Origin: an uncultured Methanosarcinales archaeon
GTDB lineage: Archaea; Nanobdellota; Nanobdellia; Woesearchaeales; BS150m-G63
Direction: 5' to 3'
Length of the DNA: 64,000 bases
Assembly: GCA_964630685.1 (NCBI GenBank)
Contig: CAZVVW010000002.1
Location: 25,559-89,558 of the forward strand
Within the stretch, counting starts at the first letter, position 1. Each line of letters starts with the position of its first letter. The position numbers and the translations under genes are program-made. Positions 62,511-64,000 of this stretch are shown here, one piece after another. Under the pieces are notes generated by a model. It saw only the letters and a program-made list of their open reading frames with translations. It ran no database searches and was not told where the DNA came from.

Positions 62511-64000
62511 TTAAACTGTGTTTTTTCCTATTCTATAAATTGTGCTATCAGAAATACCTATTCCGTGTCTTTTACAATGTTTTTTTATTGATTTGTAGCT
62601 TATACTATTTTCATACATTGTTTTGATGTCTTCTATTAAACCAGATGCTTCAGCGTAATCTTTATCAAATCTTTTACTGTAAGCGGAATCATTTTCTATT
62701 CCTTCTTTGATGGTATCGACTAATATAGATTTTTCTAAATCAGAGAATTCTTTTTGAACTGTTTTGAATCTTTTATTGCTATTATAATTCTCAATTATTT
62801 TATCATAAGGAAGTTCATAAATTTCTTTTTCTTCTTCTGCCTTATTTTCTGATTCAATAGATGTAGAATCTGTATTTACAATATTGTCTATAGTGTATTC
62901 GGTTCCTTCTGGATTGAATCCATTATTATATCTGATAGAACTGATTTCTCCTGCTTTTACTTCTAAGGTATATGTTCTATTTTCTGAGAAATATGTATCC
63001 ATATCTTCTTCTGACCTTTGGAATGTTATGTCATAAGTTCCAGGTGGAAGTTCAATTCCCCTTATAGGTGTTCTTCCATATCCTTCCCCATTGATTAAGA
63101 TATTTGCCCAAGGTTCTGGTCCTAAATTAATTTTTCCGACATCGATTCTACGTTCAACATTGAGATTTAGTTCATCCCCTTCAGAAAAAATCACTTGTCC
63201 TAAATAATTATTTTCTTCAAAATCATTTGTTTCTAATATTCTTTCAATATTATTTGAATTTATTAATTTTACTTTATCAAATAATAATAATTTATAATCT
63301 TGATTTTCTGGTATATTGAGGTCATAATAATCTAATGAAGCAGTTCCTTGATTATGATCATGTGCTAAAACATTTCTACAGCTCAAAACTTCATTATTTT
63401 CATTTGTTATTGCAACAGTATATACATTTCCAGAAATAATGTTTTCTAAATTGATTGTGAGATCTGGTTCCTGGAGCTCTTCTATTTGTTCAACTAAATT
63501 TATTGCTCCACCCAAATTTTCTTCAGCAAAGGCTTTTCTATCATCAGTTATAGAAGGATCATAACCTTGCGCTATCATAACATCATAAGCAGTATTGAAT
63601 TGTTCTTCATGTAATTCATCAATATGTTTGACAAAATTTTCTCTTTCTTCTGAAGTGTTGAATTCCTCTATATTTGAATAATCTGTTCTAAAATTATAAG
63701 TTAGGTCATCAATTAAGATGTTGGGATTCACTCCAGGGTTATCTTGTTCAAAAGTTCTAATTGCAGTATAAACATCAACATCTGGATGATTTGCATTAAA
63801 GTAATTTATCAAGCAATAATTGCCTGTATCTTCCCATTTGTGCGAAACTAAATTGTTTTGTTCTTTTTGTGTATTTATTTCGGCTATTCTTTGTCTAATT
63901 GATTCAGTATTTTGAATATAAGAATTTAAGGAATCTGTAACAATATTATTTTGTTCAATATTTTCTGTTGCATATATGTTTTTGATTAGTTCATCATTGT
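62511..64000 (-). CDS. Hypothetical protein with a PEGA-like beta-sandwich segment; 5' end beyond the window (the track's 63812 start is TTG and the frame stays open upstream)
   Basis: GPEPWANILINGEGYGRTPIRGIELPPGTYDITFQ is PEGA-like. No stop upstream of 63812 to the window end. Confidence 0.5.
   Translation of the reverse strand, partial: NDELIKNIYATENIEQNNIVTDSLNSYIQNTESIRQRIAEINTQKEQNNLVSHKWEDTGNYCLINYFNANHPDVDVYTAIRTFEQDNPGVNPNILIDDLTYNFRTDYSNIEEFNTSEERENFVKHIDELHEEQFNTAYDVMIAQGYDPSITDDRKAFAEENLGGAINLVEQIEELQEPDLTINLENIISGNVYTVAITNENNEVLSCRNVLAHDHNQGTASLDYYDLNIPENQDYKLLLFDKVKLINSNNIERILETNDFEENNYLGQVIFSEGDELNLNVERRIDVGKINLGPEPWANILINGEGYGRTPIRGIELPPGTYDITFQRSEEDMDTYFSENRTYTLEVKAGEISSIRYNNGFNPEGTEYTIDNIVNTDSTSIESENKAEEEKEIYELPYDKIIENYNSNKRFKTVQKEFSDLEKSILVDTIKEGIENDSAYSKRFDKDYAEASGLIEDIKTMYENSISYKSIKKHCKRHGIGISDSTIYRIGKNTV

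Overview
AT-rich (roughly 30% GC) archaeal chromosome segment. The gene content and architecture point to a small-genome DPANN-type archaeon: RNA polymerase B and A subunits are split, tRNA genes carry several introns at non-canonical positions, and there is a single 5,407-aa surface protein.

Most of the window is conserved information-processing genes:
- DNA topology and replication: topoisomerase VI A and B, dnaG, an orphan gyrB.
- Ribosome biogenesis: a Rio1 kinase with a KH/Dim2-like partner.
- Ribosomal proteins and translation: L7Ae, S28e, L24e, ndk, aEF-2.
- The ftsZ-secE-spt5-L11 cluster.
- The rpoH-B''-B'-A'-A''-L30e-nusA-S12-S7 operon on the minus strand.
- S3Ae, L15e, L10e, and the synthetases ArgRS and HisRS.
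- MetAP, a DEAD-box helicase, MscS, a CorC-like CBS protein, an agmatinase-like enzyme, a PGI/PMI, a U32 peptidase, a ZPR1 zinc finger protein, and an APS-kinase-like / APH-like kinase pair.

The most unusual locus is at 1.0-17.9 kb. A 16.2 kb gene encodes a type-I membrane protein with a signal peptide, about seven tandem repeats of ~220 aa rich in N-glycosylation sequons, five Cys-rich DCGGPC repeats, one transmembrane helix, and a cytoplasmic tail with three GW-type helical repeats. It is translationally coupled (ATGA overlap) to an upstream AbrB/SpoVT-type regulator. A second, paralogous AbrB gene is coupled in the same way to trmI. Both AbrB genes are preceded by arrays of TTCTGA-N3-TCAGAA palindromes, suggesting a shared, previously undescribed regulatory circuit.

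The tRNA genes are also unusual. tRNA-Lys has two introns (D-loop and anticodon loop), tRNA-Arg has a D-loop intron, tRNA-Asp has a T-loop intron, and tRNA-Tyr has a long anticodon intron. They are flanked by two copies of a repeat, one of which carries an exact 16-nt duplicate of the tRNA-Tyr 3' end.

A conserved, orientation-specific hairpin motif (AAGAAGAC...GTCTTCAAG) recurs upstream of the rpoH operon, dnaG and L7Ae. A K-turn/C-D-box-like element precedes L7Ae. A GC-rich H/ACA-like hairpin lies between rio1 and dnaG.

No rRNA, CRISPR array or obvious transposase was seen.
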